Assembly: GCA_963790805.1 (NCBI GenBank)
Contig: CAWBPL010000002.1
Span: forward strand, 1,020,860-1,084,859
Direction of reading: 5' to 3'
DNA: 64,000 nucleotides
From: Candidatus Gottesmanbacteria bacterium
GTDB lineage: Bacteria; Patescibacteriota; Microgenomatia; UBA10105; UBA927
Shown one piece after another: positions 40,364 through 48,995 of the stretch. Position numbers and translations under genes: made by a program. How positions within the stretch are numbered: the first letter of the stretch is position 1; each line of letters opens with the position of its first letter. A model generated the notes under the pieces. It was given only the letters and a program-made list of their open reading frames with translations. It was not told the origin of the DNA and made no database searches.

Positions 40364-40846
40364 CTAACTGAGCTTCGCAATTCTTTCTCTCGATTTATTT
40401 TGGAATTCTCTCAAAGCTGTTTGCGGTGACATCCCAGCTATCGAGTGCATGACGATAACTTCATCAGTGGAACGTTTATACCGTGCAAACATAATCGCTA
40501 TAACTGGCCATCCATTCAAATTACATAATTGCGTCATAATTTCACGAGTCATTGGATCATCTGGAACATGGAGCTGTTGAATTCGATCATTTATATTAAG
40601 GCGAAGAATTCGAGAATGGTATTCAGCCATCTTGCCTTTTTCATTTGGATCTGTTGTGAGTATTGCACAATAAGGATCTACACCTGCTGCTTTTGGTGGA
40701 AATAACGCAGCAGCGACCCTAGTTATTGTTGCGTCATTTTGAAGAGGCCCTTCAAGTACGAAGTTACTTACGTCATTTTCAGGCCCCTGATTCGTAAATT
40801 CTTCAATACGTTGCGCTATTCCTAAAAGATCCGGTTTCTCTTCCAT
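40364..40846 (-). CDS. Hypothetical cytoplasmic protein (160 aa), no recognisable domain
   Basis: Long ORF on the same strand as the surrounding cluster. No signal peptide or known motif was seen. Confidence 0.45.
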   Translation of the reverse strand: MEEKPDLLGIAQRIEEFTNQGPENDVSNFVLEGPLQNDATITRVAAALFPPKAAGVDPYCAILTTDPNEKGKMAEYHSRILRLNINDRIQQLHVPDDPMTREIMTQLCNLNGWPVIAIMFARYKRSTDEVIVMHSIAGMSPQTALREFQNKSRERIAKLS

Positions 40847-40897
40847 ACAGAGTAGTATATCGTACTATAGGTTATAAATCAACGGGAGAAATGAATG

Positions 40898-43174
40898 TTA
40901 CAGAAGTAACATTTGTATGGCCTGCAGACGCTTTTGCCATGAGCTTTGCTGAAAAAGCAATATAAGCCCTTTTTTATCCTTGAGGGCCCGCAGTGCGATA
41001 TATTCCGGCAATAATAAAACAAGCACGAGTAATGCGTACAGGATGTTGGTATCGTCCGCTTTTTTCGTTGTCGCCCCCAACACCTGCGCGTGTGTCGGCG
41101 CCTCCCCTGATACGATGAACGTCGGCGGGTTTGAGGTCGATGCTCCCCCCGATACTGAACCTGCGACAGTAAAACCGCTGTCGGCTGATGCTGAAATGGT
41201 TTCGTTATCGGGTCCGACGGTTCCGGTCACTACTGCATGGGCGACATAATCTCCCGGAGGCGTTTGCAAAGAAAGCACGAATCCGGTGGTAAGCTTGACT
41301 CCGTGACTCGGCTGGATATCGCCTAAAGAAAATGTCTGGCCGCCGCGGTCAACGCCGTCTTTAAAAAGATGCAGACTCAGGTTTGCGCCGTAGACTTTGC
41401 CCGTTCCCGGATTTTTGGTCGTGATAAAAAACGTTACGGTGTCGCCCGGCAGCACAAACGCTCCCACATTATTGGCATTGGTAACTGTCAGTTGTCCGCC
41501 GGTTTCCTGAGGCGTGGAACCGCTTGAATTTGATGAGGCATTTGATTGAACTGCTGCGGGCGTTGGAGTTGCTTCTGCAGCCGCAAGAGACTTCGCATCC
41601 CCGACATTGCCGTTCCACGTGCCGAAGATATTGATGAATCCGAAGAATGCCGTGGTACGGTACAAAATGGTGTTGACGAGATTGATGATCGAAACATCGC
41701 TTAGGGCATTCCCTGTCTGTATATTTGCACTTCCTCCTGTTGCCGAATTATTGCCGGTGTTAGCAAGAGAGTTGATGCTGTTGTCGACGTAGGCGGAATT
41801 GTTGACGGTAATGATATTTGAACCATTGGAATCAGTCGTATTCGGAGCGGTATTGGTTATGTTTAACGTTCCCGTTGCCCCGCTGGGTATACTTCCCCAG
41901 CCGGTAAACAGACCTTCCCATGTGCCGAAAGAATTGATATCCAGCGAAAATACGTCGCCGCCGATCACAGTCGTATTGACGAGATTTGTGATATCGACCT
42001 GACTGGCCGCGTCGCCGGTTTGTATAAGTCCGCTTTCGGTCGCGGTTATCGAATTATCGCCGGTATTTGCCTGCGAATTAACAGAATTGATGATCGTTGC
42101 ACTATTCGTTGCGGTAAAATTTGTATTGCATGCGCTACAGGGGTCGGTCGCCGGAGCGCTGACAGGCGAGGGCAAAATAATGTCGCCGTTTAACGTGCCG
42201 AAAATATTTATGGTAATAACGTGAATGATCGAATCAATGGAAACGAAATTCACTCGGTTTAAAAGTGACACCAGTGAATACGCGTCTCCCGTATTGATCT
42301 CGGCGCCTCCAGTTGCTGTTGCCGAATTGTTACCTGAGTTTGCAACTGAATTGACCGTATTGGTTAAGGATGCCTGATTGGTGACGGAGGTAATGTGCAG
42401 ATTGATGGTGTTGTCATTGGGATGCGCACTTACGATTGCCGCGATAAAGGAAGCCGGATCGGACAGATCGAGCGATGCATTCTGGTCGACATAGAGATTA
42501 ATTGTCTGATTGATGATTTGCGAATTTACCGATGTTGTATTTACAGAGTTGTCGACTGTCGTTATGGCGGCGGCAGTACCGGTCATGACCGACACTGTCG
42601 GGGTCGGCGCTGGCGAAGTTGAATTTCCACCTGAAGAATCGTTTGATGATTGCTGACTTGAATCACCCGTTACCGTCACTGCATTGTCGCCGCTGTTTGC
42701 TGAAGATGTCGAGTCGTTTAAGACGTCTCCCGTGTTGGTGATTGATGGATCATCTGTCGCCGTCGGGTTATTTGTCTGGTCCGGCGTCGGCGTAAGGCTC
42801 GGTGTGTCTGTCGGCGTACCGGTCGGTGTATCGGCGGACGTTATGGTTGGATCCGGTGTTGGAGTTGGGGTATCAGTTGGCGTATCCGTTGGTGTTATTG
42901 TGCTTTCCGGCGTAACTGTATCGGCTGGCGTCGGTGATGATTGGTTAACTGTATTGTTGCCTGTATCTGCTGTTGTGTTCGCCGTGGTATCGCTAGAGCT
43001 GGTGTTTGTTACCGTCGTTTGCTGTGTTTGTGGCGTATCTGATGGCGTTGGAGTTGAATCATCGGCGAATACCGCGAAGCGTGCGGCATTGCTGCCGATA
43101 AGCATGACGACAAGCGCTATCGAAAGCGCTTTCGAAAAATATTTTCCCGACTTTTTAATACTGTTCTGTTTCAC
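40898..43174 (-). CDS. Large cell-surface repeat protein: signal anchor, Thr/Pro/Asn-rich spacer, three ~65-aa N/T/G-rich repeats, a DUF11/CARDB-like beta-sandwich, and a C-terminal hydrophobic anchor
   Basis: Repeats at about aa 268-330, 358-425 and 460-522 share N[ST][IV]NSxAN[ST]G[DN]NS[AI]T..G..I.TG[DN]A.S.V...N.VN......IN.FGT..G. LTVTNANNVGAFVLPGDTVTFFITTKNPG resembles the DUF11 'conserved repeat domain'. The tail is QVLGATTKKADD + TM + KDKK. Confidence 0.65.
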   Translation of the reverse strand: MKQNSIKKSGKYFSKALSIALVVMLIGSNAARFAVFADDSTPTPSDTPQTQQTTVTNTSSSDTTANTTADTGNNTVNQSSPTPADTVTPESTITPTDTPTDTPTPTPDPTITSADTPTGTPTDTPSLTPTPDQTNNPTATDDPSITNTGDVLNDSTSSANSGDNAVTVTGDSSQQSSNDSSGGNSTSPAPTPTVSVMTGTAAAITTVDNSVNTTSVNSQIINQTINLYVDQNASLDLSDPASFIAAIVSAHPNDNTINLHITSVTNQASLTNTVNSVANSGNNSATATGGAEINTGDAYSLVSLLNRVNFVSIDSIIHVITINIFGTLNGDIILPSPVSAPATDPCSACNTNFTATNSATIINSVNSQANTGDNSITATESGLIQTGDAASQVDITNLVNTTVIGGDVFSLDINSFGTWEGLFTGWGSIPSGATGTLNITNTAPNTTDSNGSNIITVNNSAYVDNSINSLANTGNNSATGGSANIQTGNALSDVSIINLVNTILYRTTAFFGFINIFGTWNGNVGDAKSLAAAEATPTPAAVQSNASSNSSGSTPQETGGQLTVTNANNVGAFVLPGDTVTFFITTKNPGTGKVYGANLSLHLFKDGVDRGGQTFSLGDIQPSHGVKLTTGFVLSLQTPPGDYVAHAVVTGTVGPDNETISASADSGFTVAGSVSGGASTSNPPTFIVSGEAPTHAQVLGATTKKADDTNILYALLVLVLLLPEYIALRALKDKKGLILLFQQSSWQKRLQAIQMLLL

Positions 43175-43245
43175 AAAAATTATTCATCCCTTCCCGTCCC
43201 GGGGAGAGACACATGACGTCCCTCCCCGTGACCAGAAGGATAGGT

Positions 43246-43608
43246 TTAAAAACTAAAACCGTTAACAGTCGTTGTGTTGACTGTTGAAAGAACAACATTA
43301 CCTGATGATGCGCTTCCGTGACCGCTTGATTTTGCAACTGCGACGACATTATTTGTCAATCCGCTCATGTTGCTGACCATTACGCCAAAACCTGAAAGGT
43401 TGTTGGTATTCACGACACTTTCCACATCATTCAAAGCAGAAGCGGAGCCGCCTCCCGAGTGATGGGAAGAGCCTGTAGCGACGCTGATTGCTTTGACGTT
43501 GTTCACTAAAGTGCTAAAGTTTGCTACTGTAACACCTCCGACTGATGCAAATGCCGGAACTGCTGCGAGAGCAAATCCGACTGCTGCGAAACCCAATTTC
43601 TTCAACAT
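43246..43608 (-). CDS. Small secreted Gly/Ser/Asn/Val-rich two-repeat protein (candidate fibre subunit)
   Basis: Signal peptide ending AFA. Two approximately 45-aa repeats: VTVANFSTLVNNVKAISVATGSSHHSGGGSAS and VMVSNMSGLTNNVVAVAKSSGHGSASSGN. A strong SD (GGAGGTGA) lies upstream. Confidence 0.6.
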   Translation of the reverse strand: MLKKLGFAAVGFALAAVPAFASVGGVTVANFSTLVNNVKAISVATGSSHHSGGGSASALNDVESVVNTNNLSGFGVMVSNMSGLTNNVVAVAKSSGHGSASSGNVVLSTVNTTTVNGFSF

Positions 43609-44033
43609 ATGTTTATTTCACCTCCCTTCTTCTTGTAAATTTCCTGAATACTTCAGGTTGCAATGGAAAAGGCAACTCCCCTGAGTGCCGGTGAGAATGT
43701 GTACGTGCCCAATACCGTACTGAGTGTTCATTGATGATTTATGTTGTAGGAGCAGGAAAATTTAATACGGATTCCTGACAGTTATAGAATGTACGATTTA
43801 CGGGAAGAGAGAATTTTATAGGGCGCGCGTTTGATAGTTTGCTGAGTATCATAGTAAAACTCATGCTGTTATAAGCTGATCCACACACTATAACGATTTG
43901 TATGATACATTACAATATACAATTGTTCACTGCGTCTATTTTTGTCTATTCAACTTACTTGGATTTTTACAACCTGTCAATAGGTCGTACTATATCAATT
44001 TTTTCAGACGGTCCCATAGGGATTGAAGAAGCG

Positions 44034-44252
44034 TTATTTCGTATTCTCTTTTACCAGATTCCAGATAAAAAAGGAGATAAATGAAACGGTGAAGCAAATA
44101 ATTCCGAACGTATCTTCTCTTGGGTACGGCAGTAAATGTGTCAGGGGCCACGCAAGGGTTTTTGGATGTATCCACGAATTCATTGCGATGTAAAGCCATC
44201 CCAATAAGCCAAAAACAAATCCCGTGAGTGAGAGAGATTTAAGTATTTTCAT
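44034..44252 (-). CDS. Small two-TM membrane protein
   Basis: MKILKSLSLTGFVFGLLGWLYIAM.. and a second helix, FGIICFTVSFISFFIW. It lies immediately downstream of the hydrolase gene. Confidence 0.4.
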   Translation of the reverse strand: MKILKSLSLTGFVFGLLGWLYIAMNSWIHPKTLAWPLTHLLPYPREDTFGIICFTVSFISFFIWNLVKENTK

Positions 44253-44253
44253 G

Positions 44254-45579
44254 TTACTGGCTTCCCGTAATTGCATTTTGGAATATGGTATACGCGGGTT
44301 TTTTACTCCAGTCGAATCTCATCAGTCCGAAAAAGTTTTCAGGGGTAGACGTACTGGTTCCATTATCATGAAGACTATACCAAAAGAACGGACCCGCCGG
44401 TTTGGCTATTTGTGAGTACTGTGATAAAGCGTCTTGCATCATGAGAGATTGTGCATCTTCCGTCATATAATCGCTTCCGTAGGTAAAGTCCAACTGTGTC
44501 GTGCTATGTGCCACCCCCGGCCCGCCGGTCGGGGCCCCATACTCGGTTAACCAAATTGGTTTTTGTCCGTCACCGTACGAATTCATAATTGACCGGATTG
44601 TCCCTATTTGTTGCCAGCTATTCCATGAGGCAGGATACGAAGCGACCACCGGATAGGAATAGGGATGAAGCGCAATTGCATCAAAATCTTTCGTCGTATC
44701 CAATGTATATAACGACTGAATAAAAGTAGTCGGTGCAATATTATTACTTTCATCACCCGCAGCCGCTAGTCCGCCACTTAAAACAAACGCTGATGGATCA
44801 ACGCGTTTTATATTGGCGTAAGCAGATTTTAATATGTCGATATAAGAACTGACATTTGGCGATGGTTTCCAAGAAAAATAATAGTTTGGCTCATTCCAAA
44901 TTTCCCAATAATGAATACCTAAGGGGGCATAATGGCTGGCCACCTGTCCTGAGAACACGCCGAATGTATTAGGGTCAGCAGGAGCACAGGAATATGTGCC
45001 TTTACAGGCTGAAAGTTGTGCCCATGTCGGTGTATAGGTGATAATTCCAAGCGATTTTATTCCATATTTAGCTGCAGTTTGGGCAACCAGATCCGTTCCG
45101 CTCCAATCGAATGTGCTAGATCCGCTTTTTTGAATAACTCCCCAATCAAAATCATAACGCACCCAAGAGACACCCAAATTTTTTAATTGGCTGAAATATG
45201 TGTCAAGGTCAGTTTGACCAAGATATGACAAGCCACCACCAGCAGCGATACCGTATTGATTTTGTTTTGCTATAACGATCGGAACGGGAGTTGGTATCGG
45301 GGTGGGCGTCGGGGTCGGTTTTTTGGTCGGTGTCGGGGTTGGGCTGTTTCTATAACGATTGGTCCTCGATCCAAGGACATCCTGCGGATTTAGTCCGGAT
45401 TTATATAACGCTTCACTTAAGTGAGGACCGTGAAAGAGAGGAGGAATAATTGTGGGAGAAAAAAGCAATTGCTTCACTGCCAAACCCGCGATGAGTAAAA
45501 AAGCAAATAATGGTACAAATAGCCACCTGCGGTGTGTCGTTTTAGTGTGATGTCTCACCTTTTTATATTTCCGTTTCAT
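44254..45579 (-). CDS. Membrane-anchored clan GH-A (GH5/GH39-like) TIM-barrel glycoside hydrolase
   Basis: N-terminal TM segment and a PTPTPTKKPTPTPTPIPTP linker. HYWEIWNEPN (acid/base Glu) and IWLTEYGAPTG (nucleophile Glu). Confidence 0.7.
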   Translation of the reverse strand: MKRKYKKVRHHTKTTHRRWLFVPLFAFLLIAGLAVKQLLFSPTIIPPLFHGPHLSEALYKSGLNPQDVLGSRTNRYRNSPTPTPTKKPTPTPTPIPTPVPIVIAKQNQYGIAAGGGLSYLGQTDLDTYFSQLKNLGVSWVRYDFDWGVIQKSGSSTFDWSGTDLVAQTAAKYGIKSLGIITYTPTWAQLSACKGTYSCAPADPNTFGVFSGQVASHYAPLGIHYWEIWNEPNYYFSWKPSPNVSSYIDILKSAYANIKRVDPSAFVLSGGLAAAGDESNNIAPTTFIQSLYTLDTTKDFDAIALHPYSYPVVASYPASWNSWQQIGTIRSIMNSYGDGQKPIWLTEYGAPTGGPGVAHSTTQLDFTYGSDYMTEDAQSLMMQDALSQYSQIAKPAGPFFWYSLHDNGTSTSTPENFFGLMRFDWSKKPAYTIFQNAITGSQ

Positions 45580-45699
45580 AGGATATTGTATATTTTATAC
45601 TATTTTTCGTCGAAAATGTAAGAGAAATTACAGTTTATCCGGTGTATATACCAATCTTACTCAGATTTGCAACTTTTTTAAAGTGAAAAATCTGATTAG

Positions 45700-46998
45700 A
45701 TGGGTCTATACTCAAAAATTAGTTACAAACCTGATTTTTTTGAGTATAATACAGATATGGGCCGTCTAATCAAGCTATATAACCATTTTCATCAGGATTC
45801 GCTGTACCGCAATTCGATCTATTTGATGCTAAGTACTGCTGTCATGGCGTTCTTCGGATTTTTCTTTTGGATAATTAACGCCAGATTATATTCTGCTGAA
45901 GCAGTCGGTATTGCTACCGCTCTCATATCCGTTATGACGCTTATTTCCAATTTAAGTTTATTGGGTTTAGGGAATGGTTTAATCAGATATCTTCCGAACT
46001 CGGAAACGAAAAATAGTCAGATCAATACTTCCCTCACAGTTGTGACGTGTGCAGCTGTTATATTTTCGCTGTTATATCTTATATTTTTGGAAATTTTTTC
46101 CCCGAAATTACTGTTTATACGTGAAAATATGATATTTGCCGTCCTTTTTATCATTTTCATCGCATCTACGTCTTTTGGATTTATACTGGAAAATGTTTTT
46201 ATAGCCTATCAATCCGCACACTATGTATTGATTAAAAATTTCATACTAAGCATTGGCAAAATAGTATTCACGATTCTCTTAATTTCGTTTGGAGCATATG
46301 GGATATTTATGTCGGTTGGTATTGCTACTATAGTTGCGATCATCATAAGCCTTTATTTCGTGGTTTCCCATTTCCACAATAAAATACAAATTCAAATTGA
46401 TAATATTTCCCTGAAAAAAATGATTAGATTTTCTTTGGGATATTATGCGTCCGTCATTATTTCAGGATTACCCTCAACTATTATGCCGATTTTAATCATT
46501 AATTCCATGGGCGCAAAATTTTCAGCGTATTTTTATATGGACTTAATGATTGCAAATTTACTTTATATCATTCCTCTAGCCACGTCCCAGTCATTATTTG
46601 CGGAAGGATCTTATAGCGAACTTCAGCTGAACGAACATATACAAAAGTCTGTTCGTATGATTACTCTCTTTCTCATTCCGGCAATGCTGGCAATTATTTT
46701 CCTCGGAAGGTTTATTCTTTTGGCATTCGGTAAACAATATTCCAGTGACGGGATTATCCTTCTGCAATTATTTGCGGTAAGCGGAATATTCATTTCCATT
46801 AATTATATAGGTGATGCCGTATTGAAAGTTAAACGTAAGATAAGATATTCTATCATGATTAATTCAGTCTATACGATAATTATATTAGGTTTAAGTTATC
46901 TTTTTGCTTCAAAAGGGTTAGTGGGAATAGGACTTGCATGGATTGCCGGAAACATAGTCGCGAGTGGTATGTATATTTTGACTCTGATTAAAAATTGA
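45700..46998 (+). CDS. Wzx-type polysaccharide/oligosaccharide flippase (MOP superfamily)
   Basis: 432 aa with about 12-14 TM segments. The N-terminal SLYRNSIYLMLSTAVMAFFGFFFWIINARLY is typical of this family. An alternative start is the Met at 45757. Confidence 0.7.
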   Translation: MGLYSKISYKPDFFEYNTDMGRLIKLYNHFHQDSLYRNSIYLMLSTAVMAFFGFFFWIINARLYSAEAVGIATALISVMTLISNLSLLGLGNGLIRYLPNSETKNSQINTSLTVVTCAAVIFSLLYLIFLEIFSPKLLFIRENMIFAVLFIIFIASTSFGFILENVFIAYQSAHYVLIKNFILSIGKIVFTILLISFGAYGIFMSVGIATIVAIIISLYFVVSHFHNKIQIQIDNISLKKMIRFSLGYYASVIISGLPSTIMPILIINSMGAKFSAYFYMDLMIANLLYIIPLATSQSLFAEGSYSELQLNEHIQKSVRMITLFLIPAMLAIIFLGRFILLAFGKQYSSDGIILLQLFAVSGIFISINYIGDAVLKVKRKIRYSIMINSVYTIIILGLSYLFASKGLVGIGLAWIAGNIVASGMYILTLIKN

Positions 46999-47007
46999 CT
47001 GAGTCTA

Positions 47008-47904
47008 TTATCTATATTTTGATAAATCGATTAGCTTTCCAAGCTGATAATCTACTTCGGGCGGGTCAAAAGTCTCTAGTCCATTAGCTGGTGTAAAAGT
47101 CAACTCTCCGAAATATATACTATTATTAACTGAATATAAATCCACTCTAACAAAAGGGAAAGGTTTCGATAATTTCGAAGCAATGTCAATCATTTCATCA
47201 AGTTTAGGAGGTTTTTTTAATATCTTTATTGATTGAGGATATCCGTTATAAATAAAAGGTAATTTTCGCCAATGCAGATCCATGAAGTCATCTTTCATTT
47301 CTGAGTATCTGTCTGAAATAACTTCAATGATATGCGGTTTTCCATTAAAACAGAAAATTTTATAATCAATCAGGCTACCCGACTCATCCTCCAAATATTT
47401 TTCGCACAGTATCTTCGGTTTACAAAACTTATATTGAATTTCTCTTGTTTTCTTATAAAAATCTTCATTAATCCAGTTAGTTAGTGTGTTTCTCACCATA
47501 GCGATATCCAAAGATGATTTATCTTTACAAATATAATTATACCCCTGACCATGAGTCGCCTTTAAAACGAATTGTCGCGGTAGTTTGTTGAAGTTAATTT
47601 CATCAGATTTTCCCCACATTCCTACAAGCGGTATAAGGTATTTTTCTCCAATAGTTTTACGTATGAAATCCCTTATCTCATATTTATCTACGTATTCGGT
47701 ATATTTTTCTAAACCTCCATAGAGCTTGATCCACTGGATTTTTTCTGAGAATGTTATTGGGTTCCTTATGTTCGGAAGGGTTTTCCTCAAAGTATAGTAG
47801 TTAAGAAGAACAAACAGTTTGTCGGGCAAATATATAAGAATCCTCTTCTTAATTATCTCATCAATTATAAATACAATGATTTTACTTTCACGCAAATTTT
47901 TCAT
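47008..47904 (-). CDS. TupA-like ATP-grasp protein
   Basis: ITFSEKIQWIKLYG, YVDKYEIRDFI and FVLKATHGQGYNYICKD match the ATPgrasp_TupA pattern found in teichuronopeptide and glycan clusters. Confidence 0.6.
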   Translation of the reverse strand: MKNLRESKIIVFIIDEIIKKRILIYLPDKLFVLLNYYTLRKTLPNIRNPITFSEKIQWIKLYGGLEKYTEYVDKYEIRDFIRKTIGEKYLIPLVGMWGKSDEINFNKLPRQFVLKATHGQGYNYICKDKSSLDIAMVRNTLTNWINEDFYKKTREIQYKFCKPKILCEKYLEDESGSLIDYKIFCFNGKPHIIEVISDRYSEMKDDFMDLHWRKLPFIYNGYPQSIKILKKPPKLDEMIDIASKLSKPFPFVRVDLYSVNNSIYFGELTFTPANGLETFDPPEVDYQLGKLIDLSKYR

Positions 47905-47909
47905 ATTTT

Positions 47910-48995
47910 TTATCTTAAAGTTACAGTTTTATAAACCTCATAAGTTTGGTCCGCTATTCTATTCCATGAAAAACTTTGTGCATACTTAAAGACGCTTTCT
48001 CCCATCTCAACTAAAAATTTTCTATTTTTAATAGCTCTTTTCATTGCTTGATAGAGAGCCGTTATATTATTTGGTTCGTACAAAAATACCCCATTCTTAG
48101 GTATGTCTTTAAGATTTCCTAAATTGGGACATATTATTGGTTTCCCAAACGATTGAGCTAAAATCACAGAACCGCTAGTTGTTATTTCTTTGACGGGATA
48201 AACAACGACATCTGCGCAATTATAATAATATTGCACAAAATTATTTTCTATAAAGCTATTATAAATTTTTACGTTGTTTGTATATTTATTTTTAAATACA
48301 TTTAATTTCCGGTTTAAGTCTTCGTCATAACAGCGTCCCGCTATAAGAAGTTTTGCATTTTTATTTTTAATGCATATTTTTTTGAAAGCTTCCAATAAAT
48401 CTTCAACCCCTTTATAACGTTCGATTAAACCAAAAAATAGGAATATAAAATCAGTTGTTTTGTAGCCTAAATATTTTCTTGCATCATTTCTATTAATGTT
48501 GTTTTCATAAACATCAATATAATTCCCATGTGGGATAATATACGAGTTTGTAGTATTTATTCCCAAATCTCGCATCTGTTTAATAGTAGTTTCTGAATGA
48601 ACAATTTTAGCCTCACATAACTTTGAAAAGGTATTTCGAATATAAGTTTCATTTAGAAATCTATGATCGCCAGGTAGCGCATTATGTACGGTCCAAACTA
48701 ATTTATAACCAATTACCTTTATTAAAATTAGTATATAGAGAAAATATATAGTAAAAAACAATCTAGATAAAAAATTACTGTATTTACCAATGCTAAAAAG
48801 GTAGGTCCAATGAAGATGAAATATTTCATAGCCTATTATTTTATAGTAGACAATTTGAAAAGGTAAGAAGAAAATACCAATATAGCGAAAGTATTTTGGA
48901 GGTAATAGATATTTGAAAACCACTTTGTTTGAGAGCTTTTGATATAAAAGCTCTTGATATGGATTAGGATCTTTCGGATACACTAAAACCTTCAT
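47910..48995 (-). CDS. Glycosyltransferase, GT4-like (GT-B fold)
   Basis: C-terminal half has RYKGVEDLLEAF..LLIAGR and a YPV.EITTSGSVILAQSFGKPII (E-x7-E-like) region. Confidence 0.7.
   Translation of the reverse strand: MKVLVYPKDPNPYQELLYQKLSNKVVFKYLLPPKYFRYIGIFFLPFQIVYYKIIGYEIFHLHWTYLFSIGKYSNFLSRLFFTIYFLYILILIKVIGYKLVWTVHNALPGDHRFLNETYIRNTFSKLCEAKIVHSETTIKQMRDLGINTTNSYIIPHGNYIDVYENNINRNDARKYLGYKTTDFIFLFFGLIERYKGVEDLLEAFKKICIKNKNAKLLIAGRCYDEDLNRKLNVFKNKYTNNVKIYNSFIENNFVQYYYNCADVVVYPVKEITTSGSVILAQSFGKPIICPNLGNLKDIPKNGVFLYEPNNITALYQAMKRAIKNRKFLVEMGESVFKYAQSFSWNRIADQTYEVYKTVTLR

Noticed and set aside
39300-43060. CRISPR-like or satellite DNA repeats
   Set aside because: The periodic DNA consists of in-frame coding repeats (Thr-Pro codons and about 75-nt protein repeat units), with no spacer/repeat architecture and no cas genes.
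42684-43256. 190-aa plus-strand ORF rich in GVGVSVGV repeats. Similar plus-strand ORFs occur at 39065-39679.
   Set aside because: These are antisense readings of the ACNCCN (Thr-Pro) repeat DNA of the surface proteins. The minus-strand genes have signal peptides, sorting signals and operon context.
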